Notes: generated from the sequence alone by a model not told the origin. DNA of 64,000 nucleotides from an uncultured Bacilli bacterium (GCA_934154785.1 CAKPGL010000002.1:75805-139804), one strand, 5' to 3'; shown: positions 8,516 through 18,988, counted from the stretch's first letter. Translations and numbers: made by a program.

Positions 8516-10669
8516 ATGCAGAAGACTAGAAATAAGACTTTATTGTTGCTTATCTTTTTAGTTGGTATGGTATTGATTCCAAATAGAGCTTTGGCAGAAA
8601 CATTACCAGACAAAATTGGAAACATTTATGAATTAAGGGATAATGAAAGCTTAAAAGGATATACACCATTACGAATAGTAGCTGGTGGTGTTGCTAATTT
8701 AGGACATTATTTGGGAACTGAAACTCAATATTTACCTTATAAAATATCTGCTAGTTCAATAACCGGTACTGGGAGAGATGCAACTGTTACAGGAATTAAC
8801 TATGCTGTTTACTGTACGTTCTTTGGTAAAAATTCTCCAGCACAGAATTCTTATGTATCTTATTGTGGCGATGTTATTAGTGGCTGTTCTGCAACCGCTA
8901 ATGAACAAAAAAATCAAATCCCAGCTTATTGTACAAAAAAAAGTGGTTGGGATGAAGGTACTAAAGCAGGAGTAGCATATATAATTAAACAAGCTGGTGG
9001 TCGTACGTTTGGAGGTGCTAGTCTAGGTAATTATTATAATGCCGAAAGTACAATTAACCAATTTTTGTATGCTGTGAGTGTTAATAAAGATATTTGTAAT
9101 ATCCAAAAGTGTAATGCTGATTCTACTGGTGGTACTAATAGTGACAATAAAATTGTTGATTATAATACCACTGATGTAAATACTGCTAAAGCACTTCGAG
9201 ATACTGTTAATGCATTTACAAATAAAGGTGCATTAACAATAAACGCACCAACAAGTAAAGAATTAACATATGATGATGAAGCAAATGTCTGGAAATCTTC
9301 AAGATTTTCAATTAGTAATTTAGATAAGTATCCTAGTAATAATCAAGAAATAACTGTTGTTTTAAAAGATGCAAATGGTAAAACTTATCCTGGATATGCC
9401 TATATAACTAATATAGGTAGTGAGGTTCAAGTTGGTGTATGTAATAAAAACAATGGTGATTATTGTAAAGATATAACAAACTTTAAAAAGCTGACTTCTG
9501 GAACTTACACTGTAGAGATCACTGTTAAAGGTACTTATTCTTATGATATTGCTGAAAATTATGATTGTGGTACTTTATTTCAAAGTATTACACCTGCAAT
9601 TACAGATACGGTAAATGTTAATGAAAAACAATCTATAACATTTAATTTAAAGATTGCTGATGAACTTGGTTCAATTAAAATTAAAAAAGTAGATGCTGAT
9701 ACTAATGAAGAAGTTACTGGAGCTACAATTACAGTTAGGGGTAAAGATAACGATTTTAATCAACCATTTACATTAACTAATAAAAGTACTATTACAATAA
9801 ACAATTTAAAGTATGGTACTTATGAAATAATTGAAACTAAAGCACCAAATGGTTATGAAAAAGATACAAGAACTTATGAAGTTGTTATATCAAAAGATCA
9901 TCTCTTAGAAGAGGTGGTAATTTCTAATAAAAGAGTTGAAGATAAGGTTGGAATATTTTCTATATTGAAAATTGATGAATCCGGTAATAAATTAGGTGGT
10001 TCAACTTTTGAATATTATTATGATGGCGCTGATAGTGTAACATTTGAAAATGTCACGAAGGATGGAGTAAGAATCACAGATGTTACTTTAAATAAAAGAA
10101 TTTGTTTAGAAGAAACTAAAGCACCAAATGGTTATAAATTAAATTCTAAAAAATTTTGTTTTAAAATAATTGACACTGGTGAAATTAAATTAGATGAAGA
10201 TTATGATTTTATTAAAATAACTAAAAATAAAACAATGTATGTACTAAATGTAATTAATTATCCAGTTGATAAATCTATTGTTAAAATAAAAAAAGTAGAT
10301 TCTAAGGATAATACAAAAGTTTTAGCTGGTGCTAAACTTCATATAATAGATGAGTCAGGTAAAGAAGTAGTTGAACCTTGGATTACAACAACTGAAGAAT
10401 TTGTTATTACAGATTTAAAGGCTGGTAAATATTATATTGAAGAATTAGACGCACCAGAAGGTTATACATTAAATAAAACAAAACAAGAATTTACAATAGA
10501 ATCTAATGAAACTCGCATAACTATAGAGTTTATTAATGAAAAACCTGTTAATGTTCCTAATACTTTGTCTAATATATCTAAATTAGTTATTTTATTAGCA
10601 GTAAGTGGAATATTAGTAGGAGCAATTCTAGTATACAAAAATAAATTTAGTGAGGATGGTATAAAATGA
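8516..10669 (+). CDS. Sortase-dependent pilin/adhesin with three CnaB-type domains and a non-canonical sorting signal VPNTLSN.
   Basis: Signal peptide; three pilin E-box-like motifs (YEIIETKAPNGY, ICLEETKAPNGY, YYIEELDAPEGY). The C-terminus is ...NVPNTLSN, then a hydrophobic TM, then a KNKFSEDGIK charged tail. Confidence 0.75.
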   Translation: MQKTRNKTLLLLIFLVGMVLIPNRALAETLPDKIGNIYELRDNESLKGYTPLRIVAGGVANLGHYLGTETQYLPYKISASSITGTGRDATVTGINYAVYCTFFGKNSPAQNSYVSYCGDVISGCSATANEQKNQIPAYCTKKSGWDEGTKAGVAYIIKQAGGRTFGGASLGNYYNAESTINQFLYAVSVNKDICNIQKCNADSTGGTNSDNKIVDYNTTDVNTAKALRDTVNAFTNKGALTINAPTSKELTYDDEANVWKSSRFSISNLDKYPSNNQEITVVLKDANGKTYPGYAYITNIGSEVQVGVCNKNNGDYCKDITNFKKLTSGTYTVEITVKGTYSYDIAENYDCGTLFQSITPAITDTVNVNEKQSITFNLKIADELGSIKIKKVDADTNEEVTGATITVRGKDNDFNQPFTLTNKSTITINNLKYGTYEIIETKAPNGYEKDTRTYEVVISKDHLLEEVVISNKRVEDKVGIFSILKIDESGNKLGGSTFEYYYDGADSVTFENVTKDGVRITDVTLNKRICLEETKAPNGYKLNSKKFCFKIIDTGEIKLDEDYDFIKITKNKTMYVLNVINYPVDKSIVKIKKVDSKDNTKVLAGAKLHIIDESGKEVVEPWITTTEEFVITDLKAGKYYIEELDAPEGYTLNKTKQEFTIESNETRITIEFINEKPVNVPNTLSNISKLVILLAVSGILVGAILVYKNKFSEDGIK

Positions 10670-12096
10670 AATTAAAGAAAATATTTATATTGTTAATACT
10701 ATTGATTCCAGCAATATTTGCTGGTGGTATAGTAAAAGCTGAGGCAATAACATTTGGTGTTTATGCTAAAAAAGTTGGTACTTCAAATAGTGAAAAAATT
10801 GCTGGAGTTGGATATGAAATATATCAAGACAGCTGTTCTAGTGGTACTAAATTATATAGTGGTACTACAATACAAGGTGATTTTACACGCCATAGTATAG
10901 AAAGTGGTACTACTATTTGTATTAAACCAACAGAAGTACCGTCGACAGATTATAAATTACCTGGCGAAGCAATTAAAACTGTTACTGGTAGTAATAGCAC
11001 TCATGGTATTATTCTAGAAGAAAACACTAATAAAACTAAAATTAGCTTTGCTTATGCAATTACAGATAAAACAGATGGTCATATGATTGATAGTGGAAAA
11101 ATCAGAATTAAACAAGGTGGCGTAAAAGATAACAAATGTACTGGTACAGATATTAAAATCTCAGAAGATGGTTACGGTTACACTTCGAGTACTCCTGTAC
11201 AAATTGGCCCATATGAGTATACAACTGCTCCTAGTAAGGTTTGCATTGAATTAGTTGAAGAGATAGCGGGTTATCAATATCCAGCTGCTCAAGAATTTAC
11301 AGTTGATAGTGATTTAGTTAATACTTACTTGGTTCTTGATAAGAAAAGTACAGATGAGCCTAGCCAAAAAACCAGTTATACAATTGGATTAAAAGCGAAA
11401 GATACAAGTAAGTATTTAAAAGGGAAAATTACTATTACAGATGGTACCGTAGAAAATGGAAGTTGTAGTGGAAATGATCTTGTTTCTAAATTTACAATTT
11501 TCTCCGCTTCAACTAAAACTACTGCAATGCCAAAAAGTACAACAGGTCATATTTGCATAGAAGTTAATAGTTTAGATAACACAAGTTATAAGATACCAGA
11601 ACCAAAAGAATTTACTTATGAAGATGATGGTACTTATGAAATTGAGGTAGAAAAAAAAGATGATGGTAGTACTGTCACTCATCCAACAATAAAGGTTGGA
11701 TTTAAATATAAGGACAATTATGTAAAAGGTATTCAATTTGCAATTTATAAAAAAATGGGTTCTGGTGATAAGTGTAGTACTATTCTGAGAGATAGGTTAA
11801 CAAGTATTAGTAAATTACAATCTTTAGAACTTAGTTCACTTGAAGAAATGCCGAATTCAGTTTGCATTGAGGTTGTTCAGAGTAACCTTGGCAATTATAG
11901 TGTTAAAGAGCATGCAGTGTATACCGTAAAGAATGGTGTTGTGGAAATAGAACTTGGTGATAAAGTAATATCTCCCGATACTATGTCAAATGTATCTATA
12001 ATAGTTATTTCGGCCGGATTAATTGTTCTAATTTTGGGTGGTTACCTGTTATATACAAATAAAATAAATAAGGAGGAAAATTCAACTGAGAATTAA
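10666..12096 (+). CDS. Pilus subunit-like surface protein with four Cys-pair repeat domains and the sorting signal SPDTMSN.
   Basis: Signal peptide; four ~100-aa repeats, each with an N-terminal C(S/T)G and a ...CIE(V/L) motif. The C-terminus is SPDTMSN, then TM, then KINKEEN. Confidence 0.6.
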   Translation: MKLKKIFILLILLIPAIFAGGIVKAEAITFGVYAKKVGTSNSEKIAGVGYEIYQDSCSSGTKLYSGTTIQGDFTRHSIESGTTICIKPTEVPSTDYKLPGEAIKTVTGSNSTHGIILEENTNKTKISFAYAITDKTDGHMIDSGKIRIKQGGVKDNKCTGTDIKISEDGYGYTSSTPVQIGPYEYTTAPSKVCIELVEEIAGYQYPAAQEFTVDSDLVNTYLVLDKKSTDEPSQKTSYTIGLKAKDTSKYLKGKITITDGTVENGSCSGNDLVSKFTIFSASTKTTAMPKSTTGHICIEVNSLDNTSYKIPEPKEFTYEDDGTYEIEVEKKDDGSTVTHPTIKVGFKYKDNYVKGIQFAIYKKMGSGDKCSTILRDRLTSISKLQSLELSSLEEMPNSVCIEVVQSNLGNYSVKEHAVYTVKNGVVEIELGDKVISPDTMSNVSIIVISAGLIVLILGGYLLYTNKINKEENSTEN

Positions 12097-12110
12097 GAAT
12101 AGGTGAGAAG

Positions 12111-13733
12111 ATGAAAAAAAATAGATTATTTAATATATTAAAATTTTCTACATTAACATTGTTTACATTAGCTGCTGTGTTTCCTACAGTGATAAAGGCA
12201 GAAGATACAGATCCTGATGCTATTAAAATAGTAGAATATAGGGCTTGTACTGATTCGGGTGCTGGCTGGAAAGACCCAGAAAAATCAGCCGGATTAACTA
12301 TTGGTGCTAGTTCTAATTGCTTTTTGGCTCGAGGTTCTTCTTATAAATTAACAGCGTTATATAAAGACGGAACTTTGAATGATACTACGCCAACTGTTGC
12401 ACTTAGGTTAAATGTTAACTTACTTTCTCCGGCACAAGATAGATTAGATATTGTCAATAAAAAATTAGTTACTGATGATACTACTTGTAAAAAAATTGCC
12501 AATTATTATGGAAATGATGAGGGAATATATGCTGGACTAGGTCAGCTTTTAAAAGGTGTTGATGAAAGGCGTAAAGAGAAAAGTGATAATCACGTATATG
12601 TTACAACAGATGAACAGTATTTTGCTTCTTTGGCGATGAGTCAATTTATTTCTGAAAAATTAAACAAGAGTAGTTATGCATTAAAAGGCGAAAGTGTTTC
12701 AAATGACGCAATTGCAAGTCGTTATAATGAGTTAGAGGAAGGATATATTAAAGCTACTACTGCAGTACCAGCACAAATAAATAATAAAACTATTAAAACA
12801 TTTAAAATGCAATATATGATTGATGATAATAAAAAGGATTATTTATACAAATCTAGTTTTATTACTTTTAAAGATGCCACGCTATTAGATAAATATACTT
12901 CAAATAAAGGACAAGTTGAGTTATTTAACTTTACTTTAAAGAATAAAGATACCGGTGATTTATATGATGATTATGTTTATGCAGCAATTCAGAATAATAA
13001 ATCAACTAGAGCTCATGATTTAGTATATCAATTTGGTATTTGTGATAGTCTAGACTTTCAAGTAAAAGATTATGCAAATTGTAAGGCATTAAAGGGTAAA
13101 AAGTTACCTGCAGGTAATTACGAATTAGTTGTATCAGTTAATGATGCTATAACATATTCAAAAGTTAAAACTATTTATTCTTGTACATCTTCTAGTTCTA
13201 CTACAGGATATACACCTATTGTATTAAGTAATGGTAATTATTCAACTGCTAAAAATTCAATTAAATATGATTTAACAAGTGAATTTACAGTAGAATCAAA
13301 TCCAACACCTGTGGTTCCAGATGATAAACCAATAGAAAAAATTGGTACTATTAAGGTTAGTATTGTTGACAAAAATAAGAAATTATTAACTGGTGTTAAA
13401 TTTCAAATTTGTGAAGATAGAGATTGTAATTCAATAAAAAATACTGCTACTTCAACAAATGAATCTTATATTGCACCTAATATACCATTTGGTAAGTATT
13501 ATATTGTGGTTACTGAAGTACCTAAAGGATATGTTGTTCCTACTACAGTTGAAGTAGCTGAATTAAGTACTTCTAACACAGTTGCAGAAAAAACTATAGT
13601 AATAGAAGCTACTACTAATGTACCTGATACTTTATCTAATATATCTAAATTATTCTTGATTTGCGGTATAGTTGGTATAATAGCGGGAACTTATTTAGTG
13701 TATAGTAATGCTAAGAAGCAAGAAGAAGTATAA
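12111..13733 (+). CDS. Pilin/adhesin with a C-terminal CnaB domain and the sorting signal VPDTLSN.
   Basis: Signal peptide; CnaB-like block IGTIKVSIVDKNKKLLTGVKF...FGKYYIVVTEVPKGY. The C-terminus is VPDTLSN, then TM, then NAKKQEEV. Confidence 0.7.
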   Translation: MKKNRLFNILKFSTLTLFTLAAVFPTVIKAEDTDPDAIKIVEYRACTDSGAGWKDPEKSAGLTIGASSNCFLARGSSYKLTALYKDGTLNDTTPTVALRLNVNLLSPAQDRLDIVNKKLVTDDTTCKKIANYYGNDEGIYAGLGQLLKGVDERRKEKSDNHVYVTTDEQYFASLAMSQFISEKLNKSSYALKGESVSNDAIASRYNELEEGYIKATTAVPAQINNKTIKTFKMQYMIDDNKKDYLYKSSFITFKDATLLDKYTSNKGQVELFNFTLKNKDTGDLYDDYVYAAIQNNKSTRAHDLVYQFGICDSLDFQVKDYANCKALKGKKLPAGNYELVVSVNDAITYSKVKTIYSCTSSSSTTGYTPIVLSNGNYSTAKNSIKYDLTSEFTVESNPTPVVPDDKPIEKIGTIKVSIVDKNKKLLTGVKFQICEDRDCNSIKNTATSTNESYIAPNIPFGKYYIVVTEVPKGYVVPTTVEVAELSTSNTVAEKTIVIEATTNVPDTLSNISKLFLICGIVGIIAGTYLVYSNAKKQEEV

Positions 13734-14397
13734 TTTATCATTTGTTTTTGGTATTTTATTTATAATTTGTGGATTAGTTATTATACTTTACAATTATTTT
13801 GAAACCAAAAAAATTGAGAGTTTTGATAGTATGAGTATTGCTTTATTGGAATCTGAAACTCCTAGTAATATTGATGATGATTCTAATTTACCAAATGATA
13901 TAGAAGAACCTACAACTGATGATGAACCAAATCAACCTGATAATCCAGTTGTAGAGCGACCTAAGCCACAACCTAAACCAGTTGATTATACAAAGTATTA
14001 TGTAGGTACTCTTGAAATACCTAAGATAAATTTGAAAAAGGGATTTCTAAATATTGATTCACCATATAATAATGTTGATAGGAATGTTACCGTAATCAAG
14101 TCATCTGATTATCCAGATGTTACAAATGGCAATTTTATATTAGCGGCTCATACTGGTAGTAGTAGTATAAGTTTCTTTACTAAACTACACGATTTATCAA
14201 TTGGTGATTTAGCATATATTAATTACAAAGAAAAAAAGTATACTTATCAATTAGTAAATATATATACTCAGCCTAAAGTTGGTTGGATTAATATTTATCG
14301 TGATACAAGTAAAACTACTTTAACGTTGGTTACTTGTACTAAAAATACACAAGAAACGCAAACAATATTTATATTAGAATTAATAAATGTAGAATAA
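13708..14397 (+). CDS. Sortase (transpeptidase), presumably the pilin-specific sortase for this locus.
   Basis: N-terminal TM, catalytic His in LAAHTG, catalytic Cys in TLVTCT, and downstream Arg (IYRD). Overlaps the upstream pilin gene by 26 nt. Confidence 0.75.
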   Translation: MLRSKKKYNLSFVFGILFIICGLVIILYNYFETKKIESFDSMSIALLESETPSNIDDDSNLPNDIEEPTTDDEPNQPDNPVVERPKPQPKPVDYTKYYVGTLEIPKINLKKGFLNIDSPYNNVDRNVTVIKSSDYPDVTNGNFILAAHTGSSSISFFTKLHDLSIGDLAYINYKEKKYTYQLVNIYTQPKVGWINIYRDTSKTTLTLVTCTKNTQETQTIFILELINVE

Positions 14398-14411
14398 AAG
14401 GGAGTGTTAGT

Positions 14412-15200
14412 ATGATTAATTTTTCTTTCTCTGAAAAATTGGTTCAATTAAAAGATATTATTGTATCTTCTCCCTTTTTTTTTGTTTCTGTCATAATTGG
14501 TATTATCTTGTTAATAATTATGATTGTTGGGGTAAAGAAAAATCGTAGAATCAATAATATTATATTTATAGTATCTTGGATTTTCGTTGCAGTTTTTTGT
14601 ATTGCCCGTTATTTTAGTTTTTTTGTAAGTATCTTTGATAGATTATTTGGTAGAATAGTTGATGAGATATATTTTCCATCTATTTCTATTTATACAGTAA
14701 TGTTAATAACTACTAATATAATATTTGTATCTTCAATGTTTAAAAAGAAAGTTAATTCTTTGGTTAAAATTATTAATGTTGGATTTGCAATGCTATTAGA
14801 TTTCTTGTTTATTCTTATTTTAGATACTATTATGAAAAATAATATCGATATATCTGCCAAATTTGGCATATATACTAATTCATCTTTATTAATATTACTA
14901 GAACTTAGTATGACTATTTTCTTAATATGGTTACTTATAGTAGGAGTTTTGTATTTAATTAATAAATATGGTGTTAAAAAAGTATTTGTTAATGAGTATA
15001 AAGAAAAAGATTATGAAATTATAGATACTAAGAATGATGACATTAAAGATGATGGTTATATGGAAATAATTGATACACTAGAAGAAAAGACTAATGTAAA
15101 TAAAAATTTGCCAAATTCTAGCAATGATATATCAGAAATTATAGATTTAGAAGACGATAATACTAGCAAAAAAGATAATATTGAGATTATGAATATTTAA
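14412..15200 (+). CDS. Polytopic membrane protein with an acidic C-terminal tail; function unknown.
   Basis: Five to six hydrophobic helices, then a D/E/N-rich tail. Good SD. Confidence 0.4.
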   Translation: MINFSFSEKLVQLKDIIVSSPFFFVSVIIGIILLIIMIVGVKKNRRINNIIFIVSWIFVAVFCIARYFSFFVSIFDRLFGRIVDEIYFPSISIYTVMLITTNIIFVSSMFKKKVNSLVKIINVGFAMLLDFLFILILDTIMKNNIDISAKFGIYTNSSLLILLELSMTIFLIWLLIVGVLYLINKYGVKKVFVNEYKEKDYEIIDTKNDDIKDDGYMEIIDTLEEKTNVNKNLPNSSNDISEIIDLEDDNTSKKDNIEIMNI

Positions 15201-15250
15201 GACTTCTAAGTCTTTTTTTTTTACATAATATTAAATGGAGTAGTGATATT

Positions 15251-15481
15251 ATGCGACTTTCAGATTTACAAAGTAAAGATATAATTAACATTAACGATGG
15301 TAAAAAAATTGGCAATATAATAGATGTTAAAATTAATGAAAAAGGTGATATGGAAGGATTAGTAGTAGAACAATCAAAATTTTTAATTTCTATGTTTACA
15401 ACCCACAATGAGGTAGAAATTAAATGGAGTCAAATAGAAAAAATAGGTGAAGATGTAATACTTGTAAATTTTATGATTTAA
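15251..15481 (+). CDS. YlmC/YmxH-family PRC-barrel protein (sporulation-associated).
   Basis: MRLSDLQSKDIININDGKKIGNI...DMEGLVV... matches the YlmC/YmxH consensus. Confidence 0.7.
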   Translation: MRLSDLQSKDIININDGKKIGNIIDVKINEKGDMEGLVVEQSKFLISMFTTHNEVEIKWSQIEKIGEDVILVNFMI

Positions 15482-15508
15482 TGTTATCATTATAATGAGG
15501 GTGAAATA

Positions 15509-16546
15509 ATGAAGAAAAGAATTACTATAAACATGTTGTCATCTGCTGATAAAGTAGATGGTCAAGGTGTTGGTAGCGCTTATTTAGAACAAGTAGCTCT
15601 TGTTAAAGATGGTGCTAAAGACTATTTTAGTGTTAGAGTAAATAGTCGTGATAAAGCTGATATAATCCATTGTCACACAATTGATCCAATTAATTATTTA
15701 AAAATGAAAATGAATAAAGGTGTTAATGTATCTTATGTACATTTTTTACCTCACACTTTAGATGGAAGTATAAAGCTTCCAAAGATATCTTTTAAAATAT
15801 TTAAAAACTATGTAATAGAATTTTATAAAACAGCTGACCATGTAGTTGTAGTTAATCCTATATTTAAAAAGGAATTAGCGCAATATGGTATTGAGGATGA
15901 AAAAATACATTATATTCCTAATTATGTATCAAGAGAAAAGTTTCATAAATTAACAGATAAACAGGTTTCTGCTTTAAAAAGGAAGTATAGTATTGATCCT
16001 AATAAGTTTGTTGTTTTGGGTGTTGGTCAAGTTCAAACAAGAAAAGGTGTTCTTGATTTTATTAAAACGGCAAAAAAATTACCAGATGTTCAGTTTGTTT
16101 GGTGTGGGGGCTTTTCATTTGGTTGTATAACAGATGGTTACGAAGAACTAAAAAAAGTTTATGATAATCCACCAGAAAATGTTAAATTCTTAGGTATCAT
16201 TCCGCGTGATGAAATGAATAATATGTATAATATAGCAGACGTGTTATTTATGCCATCATATAATGAATTATTTCCTATGGCTATTTTAGAGGCTATAAAT
16301 TCTAGTAAACCACTTCTATTAAGAGACTTGGATTTATATGAAGATATATTATTTAATAAATATATTAAAGGTAAAAGTGTAAGCGATTTTGCAGACGCTA
16401 TTAAGAAGTTGAGTACAGATAAGAAATTTTATAAAGAACAAAGTAAAATGTCTGATGAAATAAGTAATTATTATTCTAAGGAACACGTATTACAAATGTG
16501 GATTGATTTTTATACAAAAATATATGAAGATAGAGTAGAAAAATAA
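15509..16546 (+). CDS. GT4-family glycosyltransferase.
   Basis: C-terminal GT-B motif ...MPSYNELFPMAILEAINSSKPLL... Confidence 0.6.
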   Translation: MKKRITINMLSSADKVDGQGVGSAYLEQVALVKDGAKDYFSVRVNSRDKADIIHCHTIDPINYLKMKMNKGVNVSYVHFLPHTLDGSIKLPKISFKIFKNYVIEFYKTADHVVVVNPIFKKELAQYGIEDEKIHYIPNYVSREKFHKLTDKQVSALKRKYSIDPNKFVVLGVGQVQTRKGVLDFIKTAKKLPDVQFVWCGGFSFGCITDGYEELKKVYDNPPENVKFLGIIPRDEMNNMYNIADVLFMPSYNELFPMAILEAINSSKPLLLRDLDLYEDILFNKYIKGKSVSDFADAIKKLSTDKKFYKEQSKMSDEISNYYSKEHVLQMWIDFYTKIYEDRVEK

Positions 16547-16591
16547 AATTTCTACTCTTTTATGATATAATTATTTATAGTTGGTGAAATT

Positions 16592-17572
16592 ATGAAGAAA
16601 TTTAAGATATTATTTATAGTAGTTTTAATACTCATTACAGGTTGTTCTAATAATAAGGAAAAGGAATACAAACTAAATTTGTATTATATGGATACTTATA
16701 TTTATGTTGATTTCTTTTGTCAGGATTCTACTAAAGCTTCTAAAATTAAAGATGATATTGATAACATCTACAAAGAATATCATGAGTTATCTGATAGATA
16801 TCAAGCGTATGATAATATAATTAATATTTATAGTATTTATAATAATACTAGTAAAGAAAAAACACTTACTATTAATTCTAAATTATATGATTTATTAGAT
16901 TACACTTTGAGTTTTCAGACCAAAACAGATGATAAATTTAATATTGAAATAGGTTCTACTATTGATGTGTGGAAAAAGTATCGCGATTTAGGAGAAGGTA
17001 TTCCTACTAAAAAAGAATTAAATAATACAAAAAAAATAAATCATGTTACTTTACTAGGTGATAATCAAATATTAAATAATCATCCTAATATAGATTTAGG
17101 CGCTATTAGCAAGGGTTATACCACGGAATTAGTAGGTAAATACTTAGAAGAAAATGGTATTACTAAATATTTAATTAATGCTGGAGGGAATGTTAAAGTA
17201 GGTATTCCAAGTAATAAAGAGGCATATTCTATTGGTATTCAAAGCCCTAATAAGGATGGCTCTTTACTTACGGTTGTAAAGGGTAAAAATATTAGTGTCA
17301 TAACTAGTGGTAGCTATGAAAGAAATTATACTTATAATGGTATAACTTATTCACATATTATAGATCCTGTTACACTATATCCCGCTAATAATATGAAAAG
17401 CGTTACTGTAGTAACTAAAGATAGTGCTTTAGGGGATATATTATCAACTACCTTGTTTTTAATGACTGTAGATGAAGGAAAAGAATTTATTAAAGATTAT
17501 GATGTAGAAGCTATCTGGGTTACAAATGATGATCGTATTATTCGTAGTGAAGGATTTAGTGCTTATGAATAA
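16592..17572 (+). CDS. apbE: FAD:protein FMN transferase (ApbE family) lipoprotein.
   Basis: Lipobox LITGCS; ApbE motifs SHIIDP and GDILSTTLFLM. Confidence 0.8.
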   Translation: MKKFKILFIVVLILITGCSNNKEKEYKLNLYYMDTYIYVDFFCQDSTKASKIKDDIDNIYKEYHELSDRYQAYDNIINIYSIYNNTSKEKTLTINSKLYDLLDYTLSFQTKTDDKFNIEIGSTIDVWKKYRDLGEGIPTKKELNNTKKINHVTLLGDNQILNNHPNIDLGAISKGYTTELVGKYLEENGITKYLINAGGNVKVGIPSNKEAYSIGIQSPNKDGSLLTVVKGKNISVITSGSYERNYTYNGITYSHIIDPVTLYPANNMKSVTVVTKDSALGDILSTTLFLMTVDEGKEFIKDYDVEAIWVTNDDRIIRSEGFSAYE

Positions 17573-17930
17573 AAGCGATAAAAGACTACTTTTGATATTA
17601 ATTGTTTTGATAGTTATTACCTGTTTAATTATTTATTTTACTAAATCTAATAATCCCAAAAACGCCTTAGTATATTATAAAGATAATTTAGTATTAACTA
17701 TTGATCTAAGTACTAGTGGTATAAAAGAATATACTGTTTCTGGAGAATTAGGAGATGTTATAATAGAAAAAAATAATGAACAAATTCGTGTAATTGGTGA
17801 AAACAGTCCTAATCATATTTGTAGTAAACAAGGTTATATCAAAGAAAGTTATGAAATGTTAATATGTTTACCTAATAAAGTCGTTATCAAAATAGAAGAT
17901 AAAGATAACGTTGATACAATAGTAAAGTAG
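17565..17930 (+). CDS. NusG-domain-II (DUF1312)-like small membrane-anchored protein.
   Basis: N-terminal TM followed by a beta-rich domain. Its position between ApbE and the Gx transporter is the conserved flavinylation-cluster arrangement. The start was moved to the ATG overlapping the apbE stop. Confidence 0.5.
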   Translation: MNKSDKRLLLILIVLIVITCLIIYFTKSNNPKNALVYYKDNLVLTIDLSTSGIKEYTVSGELGDVIIEKNNEQIRVIGENSPNHICSKQGYIKESYEMLICLPNKVVIKIEDKDNVDTIVK

Positions 17931-17937
17931 GTGTTAT

Positions 17938-18447
17938 ATGGAAATAAAAAAATTTACTAGATTATCTATGCTTTTAGCTTTATCAGTAGTATTAAATATT
18001 GTTGAAAGTTTTATTCCTTTTTTTAGTGGTACTATACCAGGTTTAAAAATAGGTCTTGCTAATACAGTCATACTATTTGTTTTATATACTTATTCTTTTA
18101 AGGATGCTTTTAGTCTTTCCTTACTTAGGGTAATACTAGTTGGTATACTTAGAACTGGTTTATTTAGTATTACATTCTTTTTTAGTTTAAGTGGTGCTAT
18201 TCTTAGTATTATTACTATGTATTTATTTAAAAAGTTTACAAAACTATCTATTATAGGTATTAGTATAATTGGTTCTATTATGCATTCTATTGGTCAAATA
18301 TTAGTAGCAGTATTACTAGTACAAAACATTAATATAGTTTACTATTTACCTTGGATATTACTATTTGCTATACCGTCTGGTATATTAGTAGGATTTATTA
18401 GCAAAGAATTACTTAAATATTTTGATGTAAAGTCCCTTGATAAATAA
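17938..18447 (+). CDS. Gx-transporter-family / heptaprenyl diphosphate synthase component I-like membrane protein.
   Basis: Small 5-TM protein with a typical PF07456-like pattern, next to ApbE and an FMN-binding protein. Confidence 0.5.
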   Translation: MEIKKFTRLSMLLALSVVLNIVESFIPFFSGTIPGLKIGLANTVILFVLYTYSFKDAFSLSLLRVILVGILRTGLFSITFFFSLSGAILSIITMYLFKKFTKLSIIGISIIGSIMHSIGQILVAVLLVQNINIVYYLPWILLFAIPSGILVGFISKELLKYFDVKSLDK

Positions 18448-18487
18448 TTATTTTTAATATATAATTTTTATAGAAAGTAGGGATAAG

Positions 18488-18922
18488 ATGAAAAAATTAT
18501 TTATAGCATTTTTAGCAGTTTCTTGTATTTTTATCACGGGTTGTGGCAATAAAACATTAAAGGAAGGTACTTATAAAGGTACCGCTATTGATAACTATGG
18601 TGGTGAAGAAAATACTGCTAGTGCCGAAGTAAAAATAGATGCTGAAGGAAAAATAACTTCAGTATACTTAGATACAACTTATAAAGGATCCACAAAAAAG
18701 GCTTTAAAAAATGAATATGGTATGAAAGGTCATCCTTATGGTTCAAAAATAGGTGAGTGGTATGAACAAGTTGAAAGACTAGAAGCCGCTATTGTTGAAC
18801 ACCAAGGTACAGATTTTTTAGCACTAGGTGAAGATGGTAAAACTGACGCGGTAAGCGGTTGTACAATAAGTATTAGTGCTTTAGTAGAAGCTACTAATAA
18901 AGCTATAGCACAAGCTAAATAA
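18488..18922 (+). CDS. FMN-binding-domain lipoprotein, the putative flavinylation substrate of ApbE.
   Basis: Lipobox ITGCG. The C-terminal motif DAVSGCTIS resembles the FMN_bind [ST]GA[ST] flavinylation site. Confidence 0.6.
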   Translation: MKKLFIAFLAVSCIFITGCGNKTLKEGTYKGTAIDNYGGEENTASAEVKIDAEGKITSVYLDTTYKGSTKKALKNEYGMKGHPYGSKIGEWYEQVERLEAAIVEHQGTDFLALGEDGKTDAVSGCTISISALVEATNKAIAQAK

Positions 18923-18988
18923 TATAGATTAAAAAGAGTTTACTTAGGTAAGCTCTTTAATTTGCTAATAAAATAAATTATTGATATA

